Shown: positions 26,327 through 38,987 of the stretch, one piece after another
Layout of the letters: every line of letters starts with the position of its first letter
Numbering within the stretch: the first letter of the stretch is position 1
From: Oopsacas minuta
Lineage: Eukaryota; Animalia; Porifera
DNA length: 64,000 nt
Assembly (NCBI GenBank): GCA_024704765.1
Contig: JAKMXF010000122.1
Location: forward strand, 519,068 to 583,067
Direction of reading: 5' to 3'
Notes under the pieces: model-generated
Database searches by the model: none
Seen by the model: only the letters and a program-made list of their open reading frames with translations
What the model was told of the DNA's origin: nothing
Translations under genes and position numbers: made by a program

Positions 26327-28205
26327 TAGGCCGGATCGAGAAAAGTATACATCGTCGCTTCAACTTCTACCTAAGGCAAAACTTGCCTTTACTCTTTTCC
26401 AGGAAAATGCGAGACATAAATTTGAAAAATATTTCGAGTTGACCCTTGCGGTTTTATATTTTTGCTGTGTCACTTTCGCAAACTTGACTTTAAATTGTCC
26501 GAATTTTCTAATTCCGTTGACTTAGCCCCTTTAGATATATTATTTGGTAATAGTAAGTCGCATATTTGCTTTCGAATGGTGTATTAGGCTAATTTATATG
26601 TCCAAAGATACTCAAGTTATCAAGATATTTTTTGCATATTCTATCATACCCTAATAATATTATCCACCCCCCTTTTCCCCCGAAGATTTGCAAATGCATA
26701 ATTCTTACAAAAAATAGCTATATCCTCACCAAACTTAGTATAATTCTGTATCTAGATCCAAATTCATCAATAGATTACCACAAAGAAATTTTACTAACTT
26801 TCCTTGTCTCTTGCTCTTAACCTAGTTACCATTTATCTAGCATGGAATTTATGGTCAATTATTGCATCTAAATAAAAACTCACTCAAATCACTCATATTA
26901 TAGAGTGATTATATTCCTATAATTTATGTAATTTTGAATATGGTAGGATACACGCTTAGTATTGTAGTATTTCATCCTGTTTTTCGTTATCCTGGACCCA
27001 TCCCAGAAAATCTACTCCCAATAAAACTAGATCTATACAATCATCATAGTATGCTTAGAAATGAAGATTCTAAATCAACTAGAGATGATATAGCGAAAGA
27101 ATTAACTGAAGTATTAGTGCGTATCTATAATTTGGCTTCCATACCCACAAAATCAGAGCTCCAAATATGACAGTACATCATTTCTGATATTATTGAGAGA
27201 GCTAAATACTACAGAAAAAGTATCCAAAACAAGTAATAGCCTGACCGTGTCCAGCCTACAATTCCGAATTCAATGTCTTGTTCCACGTCTCAAGTTGCAA
27301 ATGCCTAATTCAAGAAGCAAAAAGTTTTGCTCTCTCGATAATATCAGAAATGATGTACTGTCATATTTGGAGCTCTGATTTTGTGGGTATGGAAGCCAAA
27401 TTATAGATACGCACTAATACTTCAGTTAATTCTTTCGCTATATCATCTCTAGTTGATTTAGAATCTTCATTTCTAAGCATACTATGATGATTGTATAGAT
27501 CTAGTTTTATTGGGAGTAGATTTTCTGGGATGGGTCCAGGATAACGAAAAACAGGATGAAATACTACAATACTAAGCGTGTATCCTACCATATTCAAAAT
27601 TACATAAATTATAGGAATATAATCACTCTATAATATGAGTGATTTGAGTGAGTTTTTATTTAGATGCAATAATTGACCATAAATTCCATGCTAGATAAAT
27701 GGTAACTAGGTTAAGAGCAAGAGACAAGGAAAGTTAGTAAAATTTCTTTGTGGTAATCTATTGATGAATTTGGATCTAGATACAGAATTATACTAAGTTT
27801 GGTGAGGATATAGCTATTTTTTGTACAGAATTATGCATTTGCAAATCTTCGGGGGAAAAGGGGGGTGGATAATATTATTAGGGTATGATAGAATATGCAA
27901 AAAATATCTTGATAACTTGAGTATCTTTGGACATATAAATTAGCCTAATACACCATTCGAAAGCAAATATGCGACTTACTATTACCAAATAATATATCTA
28001 AAGGGGCTAAGTCAACGGAATTAGAAAATTCGGACAATTTAAAGTCAAGTTTGCGAAAGTGACACAGCAAAAATATAAAACCGCAAGGGTCAACTCGAAA
28101 TATTTTTCAAATTTATGTCTCGCATTTTCCTGGAAAAGAGTAAAGGCAAGTTTTGCCTTAGGTAGAAGTTGAAGCGACGATGTATACTTTTCTCGATCCG
28201 GCCTA
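26327..28205. mobile_element. Palindromic (5'-5' foldback) derivative of a hATm-like transposon
   Basis: TAGGCC...GGCCTA termini and an exact 8-bp TSD ATAAATAT (26319-26326, 28206-28213). Arms of about 876 bp (26327-27202 / 27329-28205) are near-identical, with a 126-bp spacer. Arms encode HPVF..P...LLP..D...DIAKEL...IY..ASIPT. Confidence 0.85.
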
Positions 28206-28490
28206 ATAAATATATTCGACTGGTAGTCTAGTTATTATGGCAATGAATATTTACAGTCGAAACAGTCTGTTTACAATTTCTTTGCAGGAAAAGAAATAGT
28301 ATGAAAAAACAGAGAGAGGAACAAAACATGAAAATGGATGAAATCCTACATTCTTCTGTTATACATAAAAAAGGATTTCACACACCTAATCAAGATCGTA
28401 ATTCGGACTTCGCCACCATAAGGACAGATAATATTTTAGATGTTAAATTGAATGTTTGTTTGTAAGAAAATTGAATTACGTACTACAAAC

Positions 28491-28831
28491 CTGTACAGCA
28501 AGGATGGTGGTGCCAACTGCAGTAGTTTCTAAGACTTGAATAGAATAGGAGCTCTCAAGAAAAATAGGAGAATTATCATTCACATCTCCGATTGGAATGT
28601 AAACAACAGCTGTATCAGTTAAAGTTCCGTCAGATGATTCAACGATAAGCGTATGACTAGTAAATGATTCATAGTCGAGTATACTTCCACCAGGTTCGAT
28701 ATTGACAAGTATTTCCCCAGTTGCATCATCAACTCTAAATCGATTGTCTGCAGACTCAAGTAAACGAAAATTAATGTCATTGTTCGGAAAAATATCATCA
28801 TCCACAGCAACAACATTCACAACAGAGGTTC
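28491..28831 (-). CDS. Cadherin exon D (341 nt, phase 1 to 0)
   Basis: (G)TSVVNVVAVDDD...LDYES...DVNDNSPIFLESSYSIQVLE...AVQ. Acceptor tatttag|ga, donor cag|gtttgt. Confidence 0.93.
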
Positions 28832-29739
28832 CTAAATAAAATAATCATTATTTGAACAAAGTCCAGTTGAAGGCTCGAAATGCATATCGGCATAATGTAG
28901 AATAGACGTGATGTTTCGACAAATCTCTTGCAAAATTCTTGGCATTATGTCTCGCAAAAAAGCATAAGACAATTCCCGAATTAGTAATATTGGATAAAAT
29001 GTGTGTCTCCAGCATATTTTCACACTGGACTCTTGAGCGGTATTAGGCTTTTGTATTAGCGATTCAGACATTAATATTAGAGTACATTATACAATAGTGA
29101 AACATCAAATGCATATTTTGAATGAAATGAATAATTTCTCAGGTTATATAGTGGAACATAGGAATTACAATTGCCAGAATTAGGAATATCTGCGTAGAAG
29201 TAACTCTTAAACAACAAAGGTTAATGCAAAGAGTAATTCAAACTAGCAACGGGAATTCAAAAAAAGTAGCCAGAATATCGAGATTACTGGCTTGTTACTT
29301 GGGGTTCCAAGCACGGAGTTAGACAGGTTATTCGGAGCATGCTCCTAGCGAAAAAACCTCCGAAATTTTCATACGACTAAATCAGTAATTAGTGTAACGA
29401 GAAAGATCTTCAGTTGACACTCCAAAATAAAATATCGTCAAAAATAATACGTCTATAGGAGCGTCGAGCGGTCCAAGATAATTCCTTGGTACCAGGGTAG
29501 TATCTGGAAATTCCATTTCCGGTTTCATAGGACCACACACGTAATAATGTTGAATAGTCTTCGACTCTTTGTTTACAATTTTGAAATTCACAAAATTAAT
29601 AGTGAATATTGAAACAACTTCTGCAATGTATAATTGAGACTAATAGTAATCAAAATGCATATATTAATTATTAAACATCTTCCAAGAAATTTAAATAATT
29701 CTCTATATTAACAATAACATCAAATTCAAAGTTAGTACC

Positions 29740-30345
29740 GCGCTTCGCTTGCTAGGTGGCTGCGCAACAACTTAGGGGATCGGGTTAGCTTGAGTATAAA
29801 ACAACTACACTTCTTCATACTTTTGGTCGCTAGGCGACGGGACATACTCAGCACTATGTGCCTCGGGGTTAATTTTTGTGGAATGTTAATTTAGTATCAC
29901 CCATGGCCCATCCAAATTCAATTTAATGACCTTCAGTGGTCATACTGGAGCTCATACGTGGCTTTTGGTCAGTAATTTCGTTACTTCGTGCATCGGGTAT
30001 TAAGAAATTCTGAAGTGTTCCGAAATTTGCAAAATTTTACACAGTCATGATAACAGAATAATCCCATGATAAGTTAGCTTTTGGTCAGAATGATGACGTC
30101 AGGACATTTGTCACATTGAGGGTAGCTGTGATTCTACTTTCTAACTTTTATGATGGCATATTGGCTGAGAAGTGTTAAATCATGTGATATTTCGAAAATC
30201 TCAAAAGGTTACAATGACGTCATATTTGTGAATTTCGTCCAAGACTCGAACTTCTCTGAACCTGAAATCCTTGTATGCCCAAAATAAGTTTGGGGTGTCC
30301 TCCAGTTCCTTCAATCAATCCTGGACAAAAAACATGCAAATAAGT
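29740..30345. repeat. Dispersed repeat C (other copies at about 18470-18960 and 36175-36435), unclassified
   Basis: Shared blocks cgcttcgct, ggtcgcta.gcgac, acttcgtgcatcg, cagtcatgataac, caatgacgtca, ccaagactc. Confidence 0.65.
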
Positions 30346-30749
30346 ATAAGTATATATGTTACCGTCCAAATTGAGTAAGGTTATTCTTATACAAAATTTG
30401 AGATTAATTATTATTGTTTACTAAACAACATCATTAGAAAATTGGAAAGATATGTTTTATGGCCTGCAAAAATACATGAATTTACCAAATTCCAAATTTT
30501 ATGTTGTATCTAGATTCATACTACTAATAAATTCCTCCAATTGACTGTATTTGTATGGTCAATACTATTAATATCTAAATATATACATAAATAACACCAT
30601 ATACTGTTATATATTATGACAAAGTAGGAAATAATGTAGTAATTGTACTTCTAGAAACTCTCAATCAACTGGTCGACTACCATTTGATTATAATGGTAGT
30701 TGACCAGTTGATTGAAGTGGTTTTGAAAAGTCATTTTCCAAAGGTGAGA

Positions 30750-31172
30750 GAGAGATGGTGATATCGAGAATTACTGAGACAATTGCGATACAAACGATCG
30801 CAAACGGGGCAGGACCAAGTTGCGCTATTCTATGGAGGAATGTGAATGTGTAAAGGTTCTATACATGAAAGGGGGTGAGTTCCGGGGGTATTCACTGACG
30901 TGCGAGACTCTGAACAAGTACATACCATGTGCAGGGGAGGCCAAGACACACACAGGACCAGGGAAGTGTGAAGCGAACTAATTGTGATTTCAAGAAGCTA
31001 TTATTCGTACATCTCATGGATGCGGGTAAAGAGACCAATGAGTGGGCAAGTGAGTTACAATTGTTCAGTATATTAAGAATAACGCATACCACTCGGGTAT
31101 TAAGGCGACACCCCTCTCTGTACATTTGGGAAAACGCCACTTGATCTCAGTGTGGATATGCTACTGCCAAGC
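30750..31172 (+). pseudogene. Second, internally deleted copy of the same integrase, inverted relative to the first
   Basis: 30760-30890 is the reverse complement of about 32165-32300, and 30905-31172 is the reverse complement of about 31415-31690. Both are diverged. Confidence 0.75.
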
Positions 31173-31273
31173 GAGGTCTGCTACTGTGTCCTCCTGCTCC
31201 TAGGAGGGAATGAAAGATGGGTAGGTACTGATATCGTTGGAAGAACAAGGGTGTCATGGAGCAGTACCAGTGA

Positions 31274-32300
31274 TTAGTTCTTGTAGGAAAGAGAGGTTAA
31301 AAACATAGAACTGGGCGGTGGTGGTATATGCAGAGTATGAGCATACTCGGTAACCTGTTTGGTAGCTAGCGCCTGTTCCAGCTGGTCCTCATCATCAAGG
31401 GTGTTAAGTATCTCGCTTGGCAGTAGCATATCCACACTGAGATCAGGTGGCGTTCTCCCAAAGTGTACAAAGAAGGGTGTCGCCTTAACACCCGAGTGGT
31501 AAGCGTTAATCTTACTATACTGAACAAATTGTAACCCACTTGCCCACTCATTGGTCTCTTTACCCGCATCCATGAGATGTACGAATAATAGCTTCTTGAA
31601 ATCACAATTAGTTCGTTCCATACTTTCCTGGTCCTGTGTGTGTCTTGGCCTCCGCTGCACAAGGTGTGTACTTGTCCAGAGTCTGCGAACGGCAGTGAAT
31701 AGATGCTTGTTACCGAACTCTCTCCCATTATCCGTGTGCAAGATATGTGGCGGCCCCCATGCTCACAGAAGATCTGCACCAGAAGTTCAGCCATTTCTAC
31801 CACTCGCTTGGACTTGAGAGGCCTCAGGATGACAAACTTGCTGAAGCAGTCCTGATAGTTGAGGATGTGACGACAGTCCTTGTCTGAACATGTCTGCATA
31901 TCCACAAGTCAGCCTGCCCACGCAGCCCAACATTCTCAGGTATGATAGGTCTGTGGATAACTTTCAGTTTAGATTTCCTGCCCTTATTGGCTTGGCAAAT
32001 GGCGCAAAGGCGTACAAAGAGGACAATCACTGCACGAAGCACGTGATAGTTGTGGCTCATGAAATACTCGTACATCCTGTCATGTACCCCATGACTGAGC
32101 TCGTGAAGTGCGGCCGCCAACGTATCCCACAGGTCTTCCTTAGCCACTACGCGTAACTTTCTATGTGTAGCCTCTGGAACTCACCCCTTTCATGTATAGG
32201 ACCTTTACACACTAAAACTCTTCTACAGAATAGCGCAACTTGGTCCTGCCCAATTTGCGATCGTTTGTATTGCAATTGTCTGCTCTGTAATTCTCGATAA
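31274..32300 (-). pseudogene. KRBA2/Ginger2-like DDE integrase relic
   Basis: HELSH...CAIC (H2C2), RGQADL.DMQ, YQDCFSKFVILRPL, HTDNGREF, RPRHTQDQESMERTN across frameshifts. Confidence 0.8.
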
Positions 32301-33119
32301 TCCCATTTTTCTCATGGCACCCACCAATTGTAAATTGAACTCTTTAAGCTTGGCTTCGAATATTCTTTTGACAAAATGAAAGAGTAAATTTATCCTTTGT
32401 CCAGATGAACAAAGAATAATAAGTACAACACATTATTATAGTAACTAGTTAGAAATAGCGGAGTAACTGTCGCGTGATAGCACAAGTGCTACTTTGGCCT
32501 ATCACCCTAGTAGAATTGTGCACCTTGTGTATGGTAATTTGGTAATTTTTTGCTGAACTTGGGCAAGATTTTCGACACCCAATATGCTAAATTGATGCAA
32601 ATACTTTCTAAATATCAACGATTTCCAACAGTAACCTAAAAGTACTTAGTATTCCCTACATAAATAAGACTAAAGTAGAAGGTTAGTGAAATTCGTCGTA
32701 AAACACTTATTGAGGCCTTAAACATGGTAATGTAGTTAAAACTGTCACCGAGAAACATAATCTAATTGAGGCGTTCTCAAAATGGACCGTGGAGCACATA
32801 GGGGGGGGATGGAAGCATACTGGGGGAATATACCGCAAGGGGAGCTGAGGGGACGAAAGCATCCACAGAGATCGAAAAATAAGTTGTAACAGGATATTAT
32901 TAAATGTATAACCAATAGCTAGTGTTAATTTAGAAAATGAATATAAGAATCGGTCCCAGTAGATGGTAATTTATCAATAAGATAGTTGCACTAGTGATTA
33001 CTTACTCGAGGAGTAATCTTAATCACGATCTTGTCATTTTCATAAAAATGGATGCTGAAAAGTGGGTAACCACATAAAAAAGCAAATTACAAAGAATATG
33101 GTAAACTTGATCACAAAAT

Positions 33120-33772
33120 ATGGAAAGTAATAAGGAGTGCCGACAGTATAGCGCTGATGATATCAAATACGGGTTTGTGAAACCACAATGCGATGAACAG
33201 CTTCCAAAGTGCTTGCTTAAGTGATCAAATATAATAAAGCTAAGGAATGAAGACTTCAGGGATGATTCTTCATTAAAAATCACTGTACGGCGAAAAGGCA
33301 AATAAGGATGTTGAATTCTTCAAAGACTTGCGAGACAATCTCAAAAAGATGGGCGGAATCTTTGGAAAGGTGAACAAACAAAATATGAAAAGTATAGTCG
33401 AATCACCAACATTTCGCTATTAATAGCTTAAACTGGTAATGAACATTCTAATGGTAAAAAAATAATTCTCCCGCAATTCAAGAAGTAGTGACTACTGTTA
33501 TGTATGGAAATGGTGGAAGTATATTACAGTCCATTCCTCAAAGCAATGATGCGGTTGCGAGAAGAACAATATTATGGGTACTGATGTCGAAAAATTCACA
33601 ATATGACATACTTGGAACGACGGAATTTCAAATCAAATCGACGAATCTACTCTTCCAGGAAAAGAATGGCTACTTCTTGCATATGCCCGATTCATTCAAG
33701 GGGGAGAGTTGGTTGAGGAATGTTCTTTGCGGGACCGCTTGTAACAGATTCAAAAAGTGAATCATGGCCTAC
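33120..33772 (+). pseudogene. Decayed Buster-type hAT transposase 5' fragment
   Basis: RQYSADDIKYGF, LPKCLL, KDVEFFK, IILPAIQEV, SIPQSNDAVARR, IDESTLPG. Ends where MITE-A begins. Confidence 0.75.
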
Positions 33773-34586
33773 TATATATACACAGCTGGTTAAGCAAAGA
33801 ACTGCCAAAATAATATCCAGGCCATTGATTATATTCCGTTTGATCATGAAGGATTGCAATTATCATTACAAAATCAACTGTATATAGGTTTCCACAAGTG
33901 GCGGAGACATCTAGAATACTTTTGAACCTGCTTTCCAAGTTATTTTAAACACAATGACGTAATCAAAGTTCATGCCCATATATGGTAAGTTTTTCATTTT
34001 TATCAATATTTCAGAAACTCTCAAACTTAAACAAATCAATTTTATCTAAATCCCTTCTAGTTGTAAATGTTAGTTTAGGTAACCGAAATATGATCTTCAT
34101 TTTCATAAACACTCGTTTCCTAATCATTTTAGTGATATTCGCCGTAGAGAACAACATCAAATACTCAATACCAGAAAATCGAAGAAATTCCATCAAAAAC
34201 TTTACGCGAACACAAATAAGTCATATTTGTTAACCATTTTCATAAGTTTATTGAATATAGTTTTTCTAATGTGTCTTTGTGCTAAGTTAATACGAATCAT
34301 GATTCATTTCATAGTATTTGTGGGTTTTTCGATAATATTGGTATTTATTAGGAAAAGAATTACCATTATTGAACTAGAACTTTGGTTGCGTCATTGTGGT
34401 TAAAATTACTTAAGGGAAAGCAGATTCAAAAGTATTGTAGATGTCTCCACCGTATGTGGAATCCTATTTCCAGTTGAATTTGTAATGATAACTGCAATCC
34501 TTAATAATCAAACAGATTATAATCAATGGCCTGGATATTATTTTGGCAATTCTTTGCTTAGCTAGTCGTGTATATAGCAGGCTATG
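33773..34586. mobile_element. MITE-A copy, opposite orientation
   Basis: Same TIRs with the interior reversed; no TSD match. Confidence 0.85.
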
Positions 34587-35742
34587 GTAGCCTCCTTCAA
34601 GTAGCTTCTGTCCTCCCTTCCTTGTCCAGATCAGCCGGAAGGAGGGCTGATCATGGTCCATTGAGAATAGAAGAGTTGTTTAAAAGAATACAAAATGTAG
34701 CAAAATAGTATCTTAGCTGATAATGCAAGCTTTAAAATAATACAGTTGCAACATTTAAATAGAACTACATAGGTGACTTTCCACGTTTACTAGCAAACAT
34801 AAAAAATAATTTCGCATCTTCTCCTACAATGGAATTAATTACTACGTATGCATTCCTGATATTAATTCATTACCTTTACTATATAAATCATCTTACCTTA
34901 GATTGCTAACACAAAACTTCTATGTTTGGGTTTACGATATCAACACTGTAACATTAAATTCTTCTGAAAGAATTCATCCAAAATTAATTAATTATATTCG
35001 CAATATTATTAGGCCATACAAAACCTGTTAAAATATCAACAATTGACCAATCAAAAGTGGAACGAAATGTCTGGAATGAAATGTCGGTATCCGTGGAAAA
35101 TTTATCTGTTGATAATAATTTACATAATTGTTTTGAAGTTTGAGCTCGAGAATCCACAATAAAATGAAAAACTACCGATTTTTAGAAAGTCGATCCGGAT
35201 GATAATTTTCAGTCCTGAATAATATTGATATTGTTTAAACTTTACACTTCAGTTAGATTAGGATAAGATATATGAGTTTGAACTGATACTACTTTATGCA
35301 GTATCAGATTAATCCCCCATCAGTCCACTGCCAACTAAAAATTTGAAAACTGTCATTCTCCTCTATCGAATGAGGCTAATTTCATTTAAATATGATTCTC
35401 TGCTGACTTAACCCTTGTACAAAATGTGTATGGGAACTAAAGACCCACCCTGTATATTAATAATAATCATCAAAATTGAGGTCTTGTCACTAGAAAATTG
35501 GTCCAAAAATGATAGTACATACCATTTTCTATGGAATTATGTTTAAAAAATGAGATTAAAGGTACACTGGATAAGAAAGGAAAGTTTCATCGGTCCGACC
35601 CTAGATATACGAAACTCAGGAATTAACAAGGCTTTAATGTGTAATTACTAATTAATGGTTAATTAAATACAATTCTAAATAATGGTCTGCATGAAATTGA
35701 AGATTATATAGAGTAACTGCATATTAAAAAATACCAACGCAC

Positions 35743-35958
35743 CATCACCAGAATCTTCGGGTAAAGACACTGAAACAATATAAGTATCTTGAGTAAAAGA
35801 GGGAATTTCATCGTTAATATCTGTCACCATAACATCAAAAGAGTGAGTCGTAATATGGGAAGAAAGACCATCAGTTACAGTGACAATTAAAGAATACTGA
35901 TCAACTGATTCTCTATCCAGAGGTGTAAAAGTAGAATCGCCAGAAATCGTTACAGTAG
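35743..35958 (-). CDS. Cadherin exon C (216 nt, phase 1 to 1); not in the ORF track
   Basis: Manual translation: (A)TVTISGDSTFTPLDRESVDQYSLIVTVTDGLSSHITTHSFDVMVTDINDEIPSFTQDTYIVSVSLPEDSGD(G). Acceptor ctttag|ct, donor gatg|gtgcgt. Phases match exons B and D. Confidence 0.9.
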
Positions 35959-36432
35959 CTAAAGAAAGTAATAGAAGTATTATATAATGAATAAGTAATA
36001 TGGAATTTTACACTAATTAGTAACATTTCATAGTAAAAATGTTAATGTGATATGCTAGTAGTTATGCTCAGGGGTGGGGCTACACCCCACCTAACTCTGC
36101 ATGAAGACACCGCAAAGCAACAGACCTTGACTGAATTGGACACCTTGCTCTGGGAAATGTTTCAGTTGAAATACAACTAGGTCGCTTCGCTTACTAGGTC
36201 GCTGTGCGACAGCTTAGTGCTCCAGGTTAGCTTAACTATCTAAACAGCTAAATTTTATAGTGTTCTTGGTCGCTACGCGACAGAATATACTTGGCACTAC
36301 TTGCCTCGAATTCACAAAATAGTTAAGATTATATTATCCATTATCCTTTTTTGCGATTATATTATCCAAGATCTATCCAAATTACATTCAATGTCCTTCT
36401 GTGGTGTGGTGACACTGGAGATGCTATGTCGC

Positions 36433-36758
36433 TTTTGGTTACTTAAACTAACATCTAACAAGTAGAGGGTATTTTGATAAAAAGGATTAATTTAAGTTTT
36501 GGGATTTCTGAAAAAATTGATAAAAATGGAAAAAATAACCGTACATGGGCATGAAATTTGATCACGTTTTTGTGGTTAAAATAACTTGGAAATCAGGATC
36601 AAAAGTATTCTAGATGTCTCCACCGTATGTGGAATCCTATATCCAGTTAAATTCGTATGATAACTGCAATCTTTCATGATCAAACATAATATAATCAATG
36701 GCCTGGATATTATTTTGGCAATTCTTTGTCCAGCTAGCCGTGTATATAGTAGGCCATG
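36433..36758. repeat. MITE-A right-half fragment
   Basis: Ends ...tatatagtaggccatg, directly against the Transib-like relic. Confidence 0.8.
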
Positions 36759-36759
36759 G

Positions 36760-37790
36760 ATCAAGTTAAAATAGGAATTGGTATCTCATATAAATCTATC
36801 TTACAACAGACAACTTTACGATTACTTGAATCTACCCTATGTCCAGGTGATCAAAAACATCCACAAGTTGGATGGGAACTCACAATTCAATACAAAAATT
36901 TAATTCTCTTGGCCTTCAAGATGCCATCAATCATTGATTCTGATGGAAATAACATTGTCAAACTTAATTCCTAGTTTGCCTTTTTGTGTCAAACAAATAG
37001 CATTAGTAGCTCAAAAGGAAACGAAAAGAATAGTAAATTTATGGATCTCATGATCAATCCTGAAGTGACTACCATTGAAAAAGACTGACTAAAGCTACCA
37101 TATGGTAATGTTAGAGTTAAAATTCTCCGTACAATATTTGATGGGAAAATACCTGGTATTCTGAGTGGAGCGGGTGGTGCAAATTGCCAACTTTGTACTG
37201 CAGGTTTTACAGAATTAAAAGATTCAGAACTTGTCCGTTCAGGGTTTCCTATCAGCAGGCGATAACTTCCGCAAAGGAAATATTTCTATTGAGGACACAG
37301 AAATGTATTATTACTAACCTTCGAAAGATCGTTGTGGTTTAACACACGAACCCATATCTGCTGTGGTTCAATACACAAACCATAACCACATGCCTTCAGG
37401 TACTTTAAAATGATTGCCCACCTCTAGAGTGATAAAGGATTTAATGATATTCACCTGAAAGCTCTTATGCGAGAAAACAGGGCTGAGAATCGATCAACCA
37501 TCCAGTGATGGAGGAACAAATTCTACTGGAAATATGCCAAGACAGAGTTTTCTTAATAAAAATTACTTTATTTATTGGGTTTCCACTCTGATTTCCTAGG
37601 ATATGAGAGAGCCATTAGAAATATGCATAACAATCTATCAGTTCTATAGCGTATCTTCAAATGTAATAATGCAGTAGACACAAACATACTTAATTATTTT
37701 TCTAAGGACACCTACGAATCGATACTCACTATTCCTTGGGCAATGTTACTCCATCTCTCCATCGTATACTTGGAATTAATTAATCCGAAG
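36760..37790 (+). pseudogene. Transib/RAG1-core-like transposase relic, truncated at both ends
   Basis: RTIFDGKIPGILSGAGGANCQLCTA (D at about 37140, CxxC), GLTHEP, IDQPSSDGGTNSTGNM.R, PWA[N]VTPSLHRIL. Same motif order as the Transib/RAG1 core. Confidence 0.7.
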
Positions 37791-38987
37791 ACATCGTGAT
37801 TAAATTGCGAGGATAATTTCATTCACAACAAATTCCATAGATATATATGTCCATCTCTTGGTCCAAAGCAATCCAGTTCTGATAGGTTTTCGCAATGTTC
37901 TTAAGTGTAAGGGATCTGAAGGAATCGGACACACCTGCAGGCTGAAATGTACAAATTTGCTTCACCAGACTAATTTTCAAAACATATTATTTAATTCGTT
38001 AATATTTGAGTAGCGTCTTGCCTTCATTCTTCGACCTCCATACAAATAATTTTCGAAAGCACTCAAAGGCAAGGTACATCGAACCTTGTGGAGACGTCTG
38101 TCTGAGGCTATTCAAGCAACGCAATCCTAATCATGGCGAGCCCAGATAATGGAAACGCGACCCGCAATGGTATATCCGCAGTGGCGAAAACGTTAAATAA
38201 CACTGATCCATCTGAAGTATATTGTGGAAAGGCCGACGCAACTGAGGTGTCTATGCCAGGACGAAACATTTGGATCGCAATAAGGCTACGATATTTATAT
38301 TTAAAATTAACGGATAATTAACCGTTGGTTATTAAGAACACGCAAAACGTCCAAGTTACCGGACGAATTTCAAATATTCAATGTTTTTCGTTTCTTAGAT
38401 GAATTGCTATTGTCATATTACCACAGCAAAAAGAATGTTATATTGAGATTCTAAACACAGTATCCTTTGGTATATAATTTTCAAGTGAATACTTTATGTA
38501 AATAACTCAAATATCACAGATGTTTCCAGAATTCAACTTAAATAATTTCATCATAACAAGAAAAATAGTGGCTATATAAAATACTCATTATGGTCAATCT
38601 ACTTTAAATAATAATTAACACATAAGTAAATAATAGATTTTATACTCCTAACTCCAAACTAGATACATTTTACGCTGGTTTATATGTTTCGCCAATTGTG
38701 ATTACATCATCATAACTCAAAAAGTAGAAGCTATATCAAAAAGCTGTCATCAACTTGTTATATGCAATAACCCACTGAAACATAATACATTTATGTACTC
38801 TAAATGCACACAAGAACCAAAAGCTTAGGGATAGCCATTTCAAGCCACTGTGCAAAAGTGAACAATTTTTACACTCTCTTGAGGATTGTTTAGATGATGT
38901 GGGTAGTTGGTTCACTGCTAACAAGCTAAATTGTATTTTGCTTCCAAATTTAAGCCTATACCTATATCTACTTATATTGAGTTTGGC

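Noticed and set aside
26934-27597. Two identical 78-aa ORFs as a duplicated host gene pair
   Set aside because: They are mirror images within the palindrome arms and look like a truncated transposase N-terminus.
30760-32300. ~135-bp 'TIRs' of a Ginger2 element
   Set aside because: The repeated segment translates as integrase N-terminal coding sequence, and no TGT...ACA ends with a matching 4-bp TSD were found.
38230-38330. Possible PHD-finger relic on the minus strand (…CD…SWH.H.SCVGL)
   Set aside because: Too short and decayed to support without a profile search.
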